In this document: positions 48,924-63,891 of the stretch, one piece after another
Position numbering within the stretch: position 1 is the first letter of the stretch
How the letters are laid out: each line of letters starts with the position of its first letter
Assembly (NCBI GenBank): GCA_010093815.1
Contig: ML996566.1
From: Pseudovirgaria hyperparasitica
Taxonomy: Eukaryota
Direction: 5' to 3' (one strand)
DNA: 64,000 bases
Made by a program: the position numbers and the translations under genes
Notes under the pieces: generated by a model
Told to the model about the DNA's origin: nothing
Seen by the model: the letters and a program-made list of their open reading frames with translations, nothing else
Database searches by the model: none

Positions 48924-51900
48924 ATGCAACATATAGCCCGGCAGGCATTACGTGCCACATCTAGAAGCCCTGCCAAACTCATCGCCGGCCGTCGTTATCC
49001 TCGCATTACAGTTCGGGCCTTTCACCGAACTTCTGTCGCGTCACACCCACGCACTCCACCTTCGCGACTCGCTTCCGACGATACAAACAATAGAAGAGAC
49101 ATTCACACTAGTCAAAATCATCAGGGTTACTCTCAAGTGGCACAGGATCTCGAACAGGCCACGAAGTCGGGTCGAAGCGATGGACTACCGCCCGTAGATT
49201 TCCCAGATTGGTTCCTCGACAAGAATGTAATACTATGCGAAGATAATCCTGTCCGAGCTGGGATCGAATCAGAGATATGGATACAGTCGGAAGAACCAAA
49301 ATCGGCGAGAGGCTATTCATTGACACCCTCGTGGCCGCTTATCAGAACCCTATGTCTATCAGCATGGAACAAGAGGCCAGACACGGAAATAACAGAGGAT
49401 GAATTTGATCGTAGCCTAGAATCCTTGTGTGCTGCGGACCCTGCGATTCTGGGGTTGTTGAAAGAAGCTGACTTCCCACGCGATGGGAAAATTCTCAATC
49501 CACTTTCGCGGTCAGAGGTCAAGAGAAAGCTTGCCGCAATCTTGAACGCTCCATTCCTCGATGCAAGATCACCCCGCACAAACATGAAGGCTAATGCTCT
49601 ACTTCGGACGACGGATCAGGACGATTTGATACCGCTTGTGAAAGAGATGGCGGGCGAGCTCAACGCAGATGTTGTGCACATCGATGCTCAGGACATAGCG
49701 GAGCTCTTAGGTGGCTATGTCAGTAGTAAATCACCCTCGAAAGAAATTCAAAATCTGGGCTTTGATACATACGCGGAACGTGGAGTGCTGATGCAAGAAT
49801 CTGAACAACGAGAGGAGGCCGAGGAGGAAGAAGATGAGCAAAGTGACGAAGACGACGAAGAACATGCTCCGCAGTCGACCAGAAACAATTCCATATCCTC
49901 TGTCCTGAAATCTCAACTATTTCCACTATCTCGTATAGCTGGGATGAGTGCCGTCGTTGTCGACGGGGTCACAGGCAAAAGAATCAGTCTAGGGAGTAAT
50001 CAGCCCAGCCGTGGGAATAACTATGACCCAGAAGACCGAATTGACCGTCTCAAAATAAAGACATGGCTATCCAACTTACTTAGGCTTCCACAGTTCAAAA
50101 GATCGTCTCGAAATGGCGCTGCCAACACTCGCTTGGTAGAATCAGCACCCTCAGATCACGCAACTTCAAGGTCCTCAAACCAACCTTCGACAGATACTGG
50201 GGCTTTCGAGCAGAACACTAGGCTTGTCAAGGCTGCTTTCAGGGGCGTTGAAGGGCCGGAAAGTTCTGGGCACACGTTTATTGCTGACATCTCCGCCCTG
50301 GGAGATCCCGGTAAAGAGGGTGACCGCAAAATCGAGATTCGTGTTTCTGGACGATCTAGGCCTGGACCACCGACACAGGAGACTCCAAAAACCATCGTCG
50401 TGGTACGTGACCTAAAAGAAGTGGCTGATGTCAAGGTTGGCGACTTGATACTTGGAGAATTGCAAAAGATAATACAAGACCGCCGAGCTAACGGCGAGAC
50501 TATCATGCTTCTTGGCACATCGACGAAGCTTCCTGCGTCTCGCCTGCCGTTAGGTTTCATTGGACAAGAGCCTGCACCATTGTACAACGTAATTGATGTG
50601 CAATCTCTGGACCTCCGGGGGCCGGGCTCAGAAGCGCTCGAGTTTACGTTGAAATTTCTTGATTTGATGGAACCAGACACATGGCCACAGGTTGTCGAAC
50701 AAAGGACAATGGAGATAAATGCACGCCACATCTTAGACATGCTTCGCCTGTCGGATATTGACTCCATCGTTGCGGCGGAACCCGCGAGGGAACTTTCTGC
50801 CATACTCCCATCCCACCGGCAGATCTTATCCCCCGAAATGGTCTTTGAAATCATCCTCACCACGATTGGCACTAGGATTACGAGGGAGCTTACACCACAA
50901 TTATCATCACTTAGTGAGCCAATATCAGATGACCACTCCCGGGCGTTTTCCTGTCTTCGAGACGCGGTGGCTCTACTTTCTGGTATCAAGCTCACACGAG
51001 ACCAAAGAGCCCCCTCGAACTCCAGCAGTCAGCATGTTTTATCATTTGCAGCAAAGTTTGGAGGTGCGTCCAAAGCACAACCAATGATGACATGGGGTCG
51101 TCCAGCAGCTGCGCGTGACAACTCCCACGAGAAGCGCTTGAAAGGAGGGATCATCAACCCTGACGATATTCACACTACGTTTCAAGACGTCCATGTTTCG
51201 CCTGACACTATCGACACATTGAAAATGCTAACTGGACTATCTCTGCTTCGTCCAGAGGCTTTCACTTATGGAGTTCTAGCACGAAGCAAAATACCTGGTC
51301 TTCTGCTTTACGGCCCTCCTGGGACTGGTAAAACGTTACTGGCCAAAGCTGTGGCGAAAGACACACGTGCTACAGTTCTGGAAGTAAGCGGTGCTGACCT
51401 CAACGACAAATACGTAGGCGAGGGAGAGAAGAACGTGAAGGCTGTATTCTCTCTTGCAAGGAAGTTGGCCTCAAGACAAGGTGGCTGTGTGATTTTTATT
51501 GATGAAGCCGACGCCATTCTTAGTTCCCGCTCCTCAGAGACATCATCTCGAGGTCATCGAGAAACTATCAACCAGTTCTTGAAGGAATGGGATGGCATGA
51601 ATGAGCAAGGAGTATTCATCATGGTCGCCACGAATCGACCTTTCGACCTGGATGACGCCGTGCTGCGGCGACTACCCCGACGTATCCTTGTTGACCTACC
51701 TGTTAAAGATGATCGGAAGAAAATCTTGCAGATTCATCTCAGAGACGAATCTCTAGATGAATCCATTTCACTAACGGCGCTGGCAGAGGAAACAAGACTC
51801 TTTTCAGGGTCAGATCTTAAGAACCTATGTGTGTCAGCTGCTCTGGCTTGTGTCAAAGAAGAGTACGAGTCCGACCTGGCCAAAGATGTAACGTCTACAT

Positions 51901-52319
51901 TCCCGGCGGCAGCAAATATATCTTCGGAAGTTTCTAAAGGACATAATTCTGATGTTGGGCTGGACGAGTCCCACAATACTTCGGGGTCTAGGAAAGCCTC
52001 TACTGCCGAAGGACCAGAGTCGATGACCCACAAAGATACAGAAGCAACACCATTCTCGGGGTCTTTCAACACAGCAAGTGAGAGCAACGCACCACTGAAG
52101 CGTCGCGTTCTCCACAGGCGCCATTTCGATAAAGCTCTACAGGAGATAGGCTCTAGTGTCAGCGAAGATATGGGAAGCTTAGCAGCGATCCGCAAATTTG
52201 ACGAGCGATTTGGCGACAAGATGGCGCGGGGAAAGAAAAAATCACGTTGGGGCTTTGGACAGGTAGACGCCGAGAGCGAAGCTGCGGCTAGTGAGCGAGC
52301 GGCGCGAGTCCGCTCGTAA
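48924..52319 (+). CDS. Large Msp1/spastin-clade AAA ATPase, probably mitochondrial
   Basis: Arg-rich, acid-free N-terminus (presequence-like). LLYGPPGTGKTLLAKAVA, KYVGEGEKNV, IFIDEAD, VATNRPFDLDDAVLRRLPRR, FSGSDLKNLC. Confidence 0.9.
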   Translation: MQHIARQALRATSRSPAKLIAGRRYPRITVRAFHRTSVASHPRTPPSRLASDDTNNRRDIHTSQNHQGYSQVAQDLEQATKSGRSDGLPPVDFPDWFLDKNVILCEDNPVRAGIESEIWIQSEEPKSARGYSLTPSWPLIRTLCLSAWNKRPDTEITEDEFDRSLESLCAADPAILGLLKEADFPRDGKILNPLSRSEVKRKLAAILNAPFLDARSPRTNMKANALLRTTDQDDLIPLVKEMAGELNADVVHIDAQDIAELLGGYVSSKSPSKEIQNLGFDTYAERGVLMQESEQREEAEEEEDEQSDEDDEEHAPQSTRNNSISSVLKSQLFPLSRIAGMSAVVVDGVTGKRISLGSNQPSRGNNYDPEDRIDRLKIKTWLSNLLRLPQFKRSSRNGAANTRLVESAPSDHATSRSSNQPSTDTGAFEQNTRLVKAAFRGVEGPESSGHTFIADISALGDPGKEGDRKIEIRVSGRSRPGPPTQETPKTIVVVRDLKEVADVKVGDLILGELQKIIQDRRANGETIMLLGTSTKLPASRLPLGFIGQEPAPLYNVIDVQSLDLRGPGSEALEFTLKFLDLMEPDTWPQVVEQRTMEINARHILDMLRLSDIDSIVAAEPARELSAILPSHRQILSPEMVFEIILTTIGTRITRELTPQLSSLSEPISDDHSRAFSCLRDAVALLSGIKLTRDQRAPSNSSSQHVLSFAAKFGGASKAQPMMTWGRPAAARDNSHEKRLKGGIINPDDIHTTFQDVHVSPDTIDTLKMLTGLSLLRPEAFTYGVLARSKIPGLLLYGPPGTGKTLLAKAVAKDTRATVLEVSGADLNDKYVGEGEKNVKAVFSLARKLASRQGGCVIFIDEADAILSSRSSETSSRGHRETINQFLKEWDGMNEQGVFIMVATNRPFDLDDAVLRRLPRRILVDLPVKDDRKKILQIHLRDESLDESISLTALAEETRLFSGSDLKNLCVSAALACVKEEYESDLAKDVTSTFPAAANISSEVSKGHNSDVGLDESHNTSGSRKASTAEGPESMTHKDTEATPFSGSFNTASESNAPLKRRVLHRRHFDKALQEIGSSVSEDMGSLAAIRKFDERFGDKMARGKKKSRWGFGQVDAESEAAASERAARVRS

Positions 52320-53838
52320 GGAGACCCTGTGTGTATCAATAGATGCATGTATAGTATGTACATAGATGTCTGGGTGTATGTGTAAGGTATATGGCGGTTG
52401 CATTGCACGGGACTATATGGGATGATTGCTGCGTAAGAATTCTTGGTGTGTCACAGGCTCATTCGGGAGCTTGCGGCACGTCTTTGCATAATGTTCCTGA
52501 CCTCCTTTGCTGTGACTCGCGACCAGCTAGACGTGATTTCCAACTTGTGAGGTGAACATCATTACCCATATTGTCCTACCCTAGGTTCGGACGGTGTAGA
52601 GAGCAGGTAGTGAGAGCATGCGTTCCAAAGTAGGTTCGGACAAAGGGTAGAAGTAGTGCGTAAATATGGGAATAACGAGATGGTATTCGTTGTCCGAGGC
52701 TGCGACGTCCGAGTAGATACTGGTCTGTATGTGTCTGCTGTGGTGTCGTCGCTTGACTGTGGCCTCCTTGTTGTCCTTATTCTTATCTTCCGTAGATGAC
52801 TTGTTATATGAGGCGACTCCACATTGAGTGCCGGCCCGTATGACAGTGACTTCGTATGGATGATGTAGTGCAATAGATATACATGCACTTATGCCAGACT
52901 GGATGAACGGGTATCTTGCCCAGACCGTACCTACTGTGATACGTAGTCCCACCTCCTTGAATCATATGTATATTAATGCCCCAGGTTATGCGTTGACATG
53001 ATGTCTCTTTCTTGTTTCAAGTCCTGTACTAATCTTTCTATGTTGAGTGTTATGAAGCCAATTTGCTGAGATGTAGCCACGCAGGCTCCGGCGCTTGTCG
53101 AAGCTTGCGGCATCAAAGTTTATCAGATCAATGGGAACGCAGTACTTTCCTCGAATCCGAACAAGTGGCCTCTTCCAAGCATTCAGAATCCATCCAGTTG
53201 CCAATTGCCTCGAGTATGATAGACCAGCTGTATATCAAGAGTTCTCTAGCTCAGGGCGAGGATTTTCAGATACTTGATATTTGGAGGCGCTTGTTTTGAG
53301 CCACCTTGTGATCGTAACTGCTATGCATTTTGGAAGGGCTCTTGTGCGAGCTCACGCTTTGATGGTGTAGACATGATGTATGTGTGTCTGAAGCATAGTG
53401 TGCGTCCAAAGGCGACGTTTGACAGGTTTCGTGTTTAGGATGACTGAAGAGCTGGGTGGGAGATCTTGTCAGGGGCAGTGTACAACGGAGGTAGTATAAC
53501 CAAGTTTTCCCGGCCGAGGAGTTACTTTGTCAAAATTCCATTTAGTTTGCTCTGCTTGTTTGGGACTACGCACACAACTTTTTAGCACCATCGTCTCTAG
53601 CTTTCTTATTCAAGAATTCTTCAGGGACAAACTGTTTACAAGCTCTAAGGACTGATTTTGGCTACCAAAAGTGTATTTCCAGTCTTACGCTCGAAGCAGC
53701 TTGATCATCAATTCCGTTCGTCAAGTTATTGTTTACTGTTAGCGACACTTGCTAACGTCACTAGCCTGTCACTGCTCAGACAAGTGGTTAAGAGCTCCTT
53801 TCCATCATCATTTCCCTTTCTCCTCGAGTCAATTCGAC

Positions 53839-54903
53839 ATGGTATCTCGACGTCAGTCCGCCGCTTCAAAGCGTTCCAAACGCACACGCACACCCCTGAC
53901 ACCTCCAATTCCAACCCTCGCATCAACTCGGGCAAGACGTACAACTCGCCAGCCCATTCGATATGGCATCGACGATTATGTTACAATCACACGGGTACCT
54001 CGTCCACAGGCCTCCCGCTTGAACCCAAATGCGGTCACAACACAGCCCTCTCAGACCATTGCTCCAACTACAGCACAGAGCGCTCGCCCCTCGCAGATCG
54101 CCCACATCACTGCACTACCTACAGTACAGAATTCTCAGCCCAGTATGCCTGGTCTGAACAAAATAGCTACCATAGCTTCTGCTGCTAGTGTCGAGGGTGC
54201 CAAGGTCACGAAGGAAAAGACAAAGTCCACAGAACCAGATAAAACAGCTGATTCGGACATGCCAACGCTCAATGAAAGCGGCAAAACAGCTTCCGCTCCA
54301 CCAGAATCTCCTCACAAGGCAAGCACAGAAATGAGCGCCTCACAGAACCGGGCTTCTTCGCTTGGTCCGAATGGAGATAACGCCGTCGCTTCGACTGCCC
54401 AGGGCTCCTCGAATATGCAGTACTCTGATGACTCTGTCGCTGCTCATGCCAGTGGTATAATGATTGCACCTCAGTCCGATGATGTAGATGATGCTGCCTT
54501 GAATCAGCCAGTCGTCCCAAACATGCACCAGGCCCCTGATTCTTCAATGGTCATCGACCCTGATGCAGCAAACGCTCCTGCCACAACAGGCAATTCCGCT
54601 GCTATCGACAGCCATGCAGCCATCAATATCGCCATCAATGCCCTCGCCATTGTCAACAACAGCAGCGCTCCTTCCACCACCGACTATGGTGCAGAGCATA
54701 CAGAACAACACTCCTATGATGAGGAGGAAGATGACACTGATGTCGAGGAGGATACGCAGGATACATATGCAGTGGCAGCATATGTCAGAATGGCAGATGC
54801 AGCAGCAGATGGCAGCCTTTCGGAGGCGGATGACGACTGGCTCTCGTACTCGGAGTCGGAGCTTTCCGACAAGGAAAACATTCCGCCTCCTGGCGCTTTC
54901 TGA
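53839..54903 (+). CDS. Hypothetical low-complexity, probably disordered protein (basic N-terminus, acidic C-terminus)
   Basis: ORF of about 354 codons from ATG 53839 (MVSRRQSAASKRSKRTR). Ends in an acidic tract with a KEN-box-like SDKENIPP. No domain recognised. Confidence 0.55.
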   Translation: MVSRRQSAASKRSKRTRTPLTPPIPTLASTRARRTTRQPIRYGIDDYVTITRVPRPQASRLNPNAVTTQPSQTIAPTTAQSARPSQIAHITALPTVQNSQPSMPGLNKIATIASAASVEGAKVTKEKTKSTEPDKTADSDMPTLNESGKTASAPPESPHKASTEMSASQNRASSLGPNGDNAVASTAQGSSNMQYSDDSVAAHASGIMIAPQSDDVDDAALNQPVVPNMHQAPDSSMVIDPDAANAPATTGNSAAIDSHAAINIAINALAIVNNSSAPSTTDYGAEHTEQHSYDEEEDDTDVEEDTQDTYAVAAYVRMADAAADGSLSEADDDWLSYSESELSDKENIPPPGAF

Positions 54904-57900
54904 TCGCCTCGTGGACTGTGGAGAAACGTGGGAATGCTTTAAGGTGTGTAGATGTGTGGCTCTGTTGAGTAGCGGGGTTTAGGTATAGACGTGGTCAATG
55001 AAATTACCATTAAAATGTGTCCCTTTGAGCTTCTAAGTCCTGCTTTTCGTGATAAGGAGTGGAAACGTCGTAGAGTCTATGACAGAAGACGACACTCTTT
55101 GCTCTCTGATATAGATGTCGACTGTCGGGTATCGAGACTGCTGATTATGGCAGTGCTCAGTAGGCCTAAAAACTCACGCCAGGACAGGTAATGGACGTAA
55201 GTGCTATTGTCTTCCTTTGAAAATGGCCTATGTAGTATCTCGACTGGAGCCAGGCAACATAAGAATGTAAAGGGCTTCTGCTGACTAACGTGTAGAAGGT
55301 ATGGATGGTGTAGAAATGCAATCTCCCAGTATGAGTCGCTATGTCAAGAAGCATCATTGAGCACGTTTTCAGATATTTAGTACAAAGATAAACTACGCTC
55401 ATTTCTTTCATGAGAATCAGGTATATGTCTCCTATATACCGTTACCACAGTCCACTGGCTTATGTTGAGGTTCCTAGTCTACTGTAAGACAGAGGCTCGC
55501 GCGACTGGGTACCATGACAGTGGGCTGGATCATAAGAGCACAGGCTTATTTCCCTTGAATGGCCCGCAGCGTGTGGTGTCATTGATTTTTTCATTCAGTA
55601 CTATAAGATGGAGATATAATATCAGAGAAGGGTTTTAAAAGAGTTTCCGTAGATGTATGAGCCAGTGTGATTTTCATAGAGGAGGCTGCTGGTGGGTCTT
55701 TCGCTCCTCCTTATGAGTAGTAGTCAAAATAGGCTGCCACACACGAGCAGCCCCGTAGCCAGGTGCATTTGAACAGGCCTGACATTTGTTTTCGTGAGAC
55801 ATTCGCATAGTCTTCATTGGCAACGAGTTTCAGAGTTCAGATAATCAAGCCGATTCCTACGTGCACAGATGGAGAACCATGCTGGGAGTCATCACTAGTT
55901 CAAGATATCACACCATAAGCACCACAGGCTATGAGCGCAAATGGAGCCAATTTCGTGCAGCTTGACCGGTGTGGAGAGATGCCTAGTCTTGTATGAATGG
56001 TCCACTCTCAGTGTGCCCACGTAATGATGGGAGCTTGTTCAGTGACATGACTGGACAATGCCCCTGTTGCACCCTCATCCTAAATCATGGATTCTCTTGT
56101 CCATCCCAGCTTTTGCTAGCACGAGGACTCATCCATGCGTATGAGCGGGCGTCAAGGGTCGCGCCGCTCGTCTCGTGCCTGTCATCCATTGCGGCACAGC
56201 AAATGTTGGGTACTCTTATCAGGCGCATGCTCTCGTGGGATAGCCACCCTCATCAGCTTAGTACTACCCTCACGACGGCACACGATTTCAAACCTTTGGC
56301 TGATACTGTGTCACTCTCTTGACGAATCTCACGCACACGAAGGGGCTGGACAGATATTTCACTAGATCCTCTCTTGGACTCTCGGTGTGTCCACCACCTC
56401 ATATATGCACAGTCAATTCTCAGTCCCTACCTCAGCCACAGCTCTTGCCAGATAGTTTCGTAGCGAAAAGTAGGAGTTTGTCGCGAACGTTGTGAGAGGT
56501 TAGGAGAATTACGAGCTTGGAGCAAGGTATTGTTGCATATGATGCAGAGGTGCTGCCTACTATGGGATGCTACCACCAAAGCTAATACAAAGTGTCGATC
56601 CCAGGTTCTAACGACCTTCATCGTCTATTTGTTTCCTCGGCCGTACCGTTCACCACGACTGTTTTCATATCATGTTGAACTGGACGCGAAATAGGTTGGT
56701 CGAGCGTACGCTGCGGTACTTGGGAAACGGCCAGACCTCCATCACTTGAACGATTCGATAGCTGGTTCGCAAGCCGTTCGGTGACTGTTGGTTCACGTCC
56801 GAGATAATCCGCCAACATAATAGGGCAATGACTAAATTATGTCAGTAAATTTGGTCCCTCTAAACCTAAACAGGCAACACACCCATTGCTCCTTTGAGAG
56901 ATATCTCCTGACTGAGGAGCCTCATCTGCCATGATGGGAAGGTGGGCTACTACAAGGAGCGAAGCAGAAATAGCAGGAAAGTGAGTTATAGACAGCGGAT
57001 CGTTTTCTCGTAGACACACTCCTTTTTATAGGAAAATGGTAAAAATACTCGACATGATTTCTGCATTTGACTGGCTTATATATGTTATAGAGCATGTTAC
57101 GAGGCGGTTTATACACTGGTCGTCCTATTTGTGTTCTTTATGCAGCTTTCTCCCAGATAGTGACAAGATGCTTATCTGTATGATGGAGAGTGGTAAGCTG
57201 TGTGACCCACAGGACTGTATGTCAAATACGGCAAGGAGACAAATTATGTTGCATGCTGTCATGTTTGCGTGGCCGAGGAGCCTGAAGATACAGAATGTCA
57301 TGGATGCCACGACACATAACCAAACATGCCAGGATCAGGTCCCCTGTCCGAGAAAGACGGTCACTACACGTAGAAAGTCTATACACCTAAATCTCTAGAC
57401 TTGGTGGAAAACAGTAATTACAAGCGTGGTATACCACCTTCACTGAAGCATATAACGCGGAGTCCACATCTCTGACGCCTCTCCTGGACTGTTGCTCCAG
57501 TCATATAGAGTAGTCTCAACGTATCCTCTGCTTTTTTCCAGGGGTGAGATCGTCAGTGCACATGCTGCAGATTCTGGTTTCTGCAGTGTATCCTCATCAC
57601 ATCACCACTAGCTCCATTCTTCTGACCGGCGAACTTTGTTTCACCTATGAGGATAATGGTAGATGTGGACAAAACCCTGCTAGTGGTCCGAACCTTGCTT
57701 CGCGGCACCATCTTCAGTCAAGGTGCACTCTGGTCAGCCAGTGGCCTACAAAACTACCAGCGAAGTCTAAGAGCAGAGGTCGAACTAACAAATGCTACGT
57801 AAATACAGCTTTAGACGTGTCTTTTAGAGTGTAGCCCCTGATATACCTGTCGCTTGCGGCATTCGCCATCTTGAGCGTGCATGGAAGCGGGTATCTACAG

Positions 57901-59045
57901 CCTACTGGTGGGTAACACCACAGGTTGTAGAATGAATGAATGCTGATAGGACGATGCTTCGGCACAAACCTCGTTCGTATAATGCTAATCTAGATGCAGG
58001 GCCGAATGATCTCGCACTTGCTCAGTTAACAAAGTCACCAGTTCTCCATGCAGATTGCTGTACTTGATTATGGTCTTCCTCCATAGCTTCTTCTCAGATA
58101 GACTAGTCGTCGTAGAAAGGTCTCAGTGTACGTAATCTAACTTGATTACCCCTGCAACAACCCTCGAAAACCCAGCACGCAGATTAAGGTCATCAAGAAT
58201 TTCGCAAGGCTAAGCTTGGTGGCCCAGCTCCATACATCCATCTCTACACCATGTAGGTATAGAACATGGGGTTTACAAACTCCGAGCACAGCTCTGATTG
58301 ATCGAGTAAAAGAAGTCAAGGGGTTTGTTAGAGGCATCGCCTACTTACTCCTAGTCATTCAAATAATGTGCGAACCTGGTCCGCTGATTACTTGAGCTAT
58401 AACTTGATAACGCATCAACATCTAATTGCTTTACATTAGACTCAATGGAGCATCCCTGACTTGTTCCCTCCAGAGGGGCTAGGATAGTTAGTATCGTTTT
58501 AGTTTGCTTGCGTATAGGATTGTCTCTCTTGCATGGATCGTGTGCAGCTCGAGATGTAGAGCCATTCGTTGATCACGTAGGTCTACCAGCATAGGCGTGA
58601 TGCCCATTCCTATCATTTGACTAGATGTTCCCGATCCCAAATTTGCAGAGTTTGCTAGGTGATACTTGAACAAATGCGGCTTGTGTCCGAGCAAGGAGTT
58701 GCGAACAAGTAGAGAAGTTTAAGGGAAGGGTTTCGATTGTTGGCTTCGAAAGCTGTGCGACAGCGTGATTCCGTCTCCATTGCTCGGGTCCAATGCACTG
58801 TCGTCCGTGTCAGTCATGCATGCTCTGTTTTGTATCTAATTGCATAAAAGTGTCACAGAATAGCCCTCTCGAGTGATGAGGCGTCTTATTCGACCACCAA
58901 GATACTACACGGAGGCACCAATACAACGAGGGGCCAAGACACGCAGTATTCTGATTTCATTGACTATATGTTAGGTAAGGAGCGAAGCGTATTATGGTTG
59001 TTGCTAATGCCACTCGTGGAAGAAGCTGACTTGCTTACAAATCCA

Positions 59046-60271
<1,226 letters not shown>

Positions 60272-61151
60272 CTAAGATTACCTGGTTTACCTTGGTCGTC
60301 TCTGTCTAATCTGGCGTATAAAGGCATCATGTCAAAGTCTGTTCCCGTAGGGTACAGTACCGTGGATGAATGTGCTGTGTGTGTTAGTTATCTAGTCGGC
60401 TGTTTATGATTTCCATCAATACGTTACTGGTGCTTGTAAACACTTGAAATGTAGATACTGGAGTATGCGAGATTGAAGAAGAAGTTAAAAGGTGAAAACC
60501 ACAATGCGTGAAGTAATTGATCTTTATAAAGGTGCGGGGTATTGGGACTAAGAGCTCCCTCCATGAAAATTATTAACGCGATGCTTAGGCCTAAGTGGGG
60601 GTTCCAGGGATGTGAATATCGGGGAGTAGCTCCTTTGTCGAATGATCGAATGATTGAATATTTTCCAGTCAGGTGTCTTGGTCATGTACGGTAGACGTTG
60701 CAGTAATGCACTTGCTGTTAGTATCTTTGGTGAGTCTGGCCGAGCTGCAACCTATAGATATCAGAGGACTAGACTAGACTATAGACTTGAAATCTGTCAC
60801 AAAAATTTTAGGATCGAAAAAGGAGAGTAGGGAATAGATCAAATCTAGTCAGCGTGTTGAACTTTGAATTCGGATGCAGCTCTACTTCTTATGATGCATT
60901 GGCCAGCGCTGCGATAAGAGTGAAGGGGTCGCGTCAAAACACATTACTAGGTTCACACTAATGTTGTAGTAAGCGGAGACGGAAAATCATAGGACCGCAC
61001 CCGACCATCTCACGGTGCGGATCTCGCTTACCTTAGCGCACACTTGATGTATGCGAAAAACTCAACACCTTTCCACACGACTTCAACGACTCCTAACGAC
61101 AACAACCATCCGGAATTCAGCACCGAATCGTCTTGACTAACATCCGTCAAG

Positions 61152-61999
61152 ATGAAGCTGAACATCTCATACCCGGCCAATGGCTCTCAGAAGCTCCTCG
61201 AGGTCGACGAGGACCGCAAGCTTCGCGTCTTCATGGAGCGCCGCATGGGACAAGAAGTTCCCGCCGACAGCTTGGGCGACGAGTGGAAGGGATACATCTT
61301 CAAGATCACTGGCGGTAACGACAAGCAGGGCTTTCCTATGAAGCAGGGTGTCATGCACCCAACCCGTGTCCGCCTCCTCCTATCTGACGGCCACTCGTGC
61401 TACCGCCCTCGACGCACCGGTGAGCGCAAGAGAAAGTCTGTCCGTGGCTGCATTGTCGCCATGGACCTTGCAGTCCTCGCTCTGGCCATTGTCAAGAAGG
61501 GCGAGAACGACATTCCAGGTCTCACCGACGAGGACAGCGTCAAGCCGAAGCGCCTCGGACCCAAGCGCGCTACAAAGATTAGAAGGTTCTTCGGTCTCAG
61601 CAAGGAAGACGACGTGAGTAATCACTTCCCGTCTTCGCCAATCCTTTTTCTATGGAAGGGTTGAGTCTGAGTTATTTGTGTGATATAGGTCCGTAAATTC
61701 GTTATCCGTCGCGAAGTCTCGAAAGAAGGCAAGCCTACCTACACCAAGGCGCCCAAGATCCAGCGTCTCGTTACCCCTCAACGTCTCCAACACAAGCGTC
61801 ACCGAATTGCGCTCAAGCGCCGCCGTGCGGAAGCATCCAAGGATGCCGCTGTAAGTACTACAATTCGAACAGTCGATCGCACTTCTAACCACATCCCAAG
61901 GCCGAATACTCAAAACTCCTTCACACCCGTATCTCCGAAGCCAAGGCCGCCAAGGAAGACGTCAAGAAGAGGAGAGCCTCCTCGGCAAAGAACAACTAG
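61152..61999 (+). CDS. RPS6: 40S ribosomal protein S6 (eS6); exons 61152..61613, 61689..61850, 61901..61999
   Basis: [57 protein letters not shown], and the C-terminal phosphosite KRRASS. Confidence 0.98.
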
Positions 62000-62591
62000 A
62001 ATAGTTTCGTTGTGTATTGTTGATCATGAGGTGCATGTGGGATCTGAAAAAATCGGCATGAAAGGAATGTATTGCGGTAGGCACTAGTCTCGGCATAGCT
62101 TGAGACACGAGGCTCTCACTCCAAGTTTTGGGAACATGTGGTCTGGCCGTAGCCGCGAGAATCCCTCAGCGGGTAGCTCAATGCTATCAGTACATCTACC
62201 TAAAAACCATTCATTACTTCTTTGCTACACGCGACCAATGTTACATAGGAGCCTTCAATGTCTTCTCCGTCCGTCCCGCCAGCGAATTTCAATGATCACT
62301 CTGGATGAATGCGTGCCATTCCAGAACTAGCGAGCATAGATGTGCCAATGACTAGTTCTGTGTCCCAACTATGCCTATGTCTATATTCTGCGATGACTTA
62401 AGACAATGAACGTGTTAACCTCATGTGAAGAAGTGTTTGCGAACGGACAGAGCACGAAATGTAGTACAGAACATGATCCCGAGCTGAAATTGATGAAACA
62501 CAACCAGTAATCTGAGCTTTCTTGCCAACATATTTTTCTCATTGATCGCCCAAACGCCAAAATTGCAATAGCCTAAACTGACACAGCTTCC

Positions 62592-63891
62592 TTAATCAAC
62601 TGGCGCATGTTTGAAGAGGAACGACACACTCTCCCCGTTGTGGGTCCGGCGACACGCTTCTGCAAGCTACACAGCGGGTCAGTAGCTGCAATAGGCAAGA
62701 GGATGTGTAATCCTGGTTTGCGAATGCCTGATGGATGGGGTTGTAAAGCTAGTGAGTCTGAAGGCAAGCATGACAGAATCGTGAAAAAGACATGTGTAAC
62801 AGACACTATAAAAGTGCACTTACCGTAGGGCTGATATCAATGGTCTCGATTTTGGAGCACAACTCCTTCTTTTCTGTGTGGGGGACGGTATTGGTCACGA
62901 CGATCTTCTTGAGCTTGCTGTCGTTCAAGTTCTGGATTGCATTACCACTCAAAACACCGTGAGTGACGATTGCCAACGCCTCTTTCGCGCCGTGTTGAAT
63001 GACTACATCAGCTGCCTTGCATAGGGTCCCGCATGTGTCAGCGATATCATCAACAATAATAGCAGTCTTTCCAGTGACATCTCCGACCAGGACCATTCGT
63101 GAAACCTCATTCGGTCTCGGGCGTTCTTTGTGGATCAGAGCGAAACCCAAGTCAAGACCGTCCGCTATAGAGGTTGCTCTAGAAATTATGTTAGCTTCGA
63201 TGACAATACAATACAGAGATCGGGGTTATGGGGAGCCCAATGCACACCTTTTAGCTCCTCCGGCATCCGGACTAACAATGACTGCGTCCTGAAGCGGAAC
63301 GTGTTCCCGGATCCAGCGAAGGGTACTAGGTTCGGCGTATAGATTGTCCACAGGGACATTGAAAAAGCCTTGGATCTGACTGGCATGTAAATCCATAGTG
63401 ATTACATGGTTACAGCCTGCGGTCTGCAACATATTTGCCATGAGCTTGGCGGTTATAGGAGCGCGCGACTTGTCCTTTTTGTCCTGGCGCGCGTACGGAA
63501 AATTGGGTATAACAGCCGTGATCCGACGGGCAGAAGCGGTCTTGCATGCTCGTATCATGATGAGGAGCTCCATGAGGCCATCGTTGATATCGCCGGGGGC
63601 GGTGGACTGGAAGACGAAGACTATAAGACGTTCAATTAGGAGCGCGGGATGCAAGCAGAATATATTGTACACACCATCTTCATCACGAACCGACTCTCCG
63701 ATGGTTACAGAGGTCTCTTGATTAGAATATTGAAGCACTAACAGCTTGGCCAATTCGATGCCCAACCTAGGTAACGCGTAAGAAGCCAGGTGAGGGAAGT
63801 GAGCAGATCAAGGCGCATACCGATCAGCCACCAGCTTCGCAAGGGTGGGATGACTGTTGCCAGTAAGCAACTTGATTGAATTGGAAGCCAT
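62592..63891 (-). CDS. PRS: Ribose-phosphate pyrophosphokinase (PRPP synthetase, Prs2/3/4-type); multi-exon
   Basis: [87 protein letters not shown]. Last exon [18 protein letters not shown] ends at TAA 62592. Confidence 0.95.

Noticed and set aside
62667..62823. 157-nt last PRS intron as a snoRNA host
   Set aside because: No C box (RTGATGA) paired with a D box, and no clear H/ACA hairpins.
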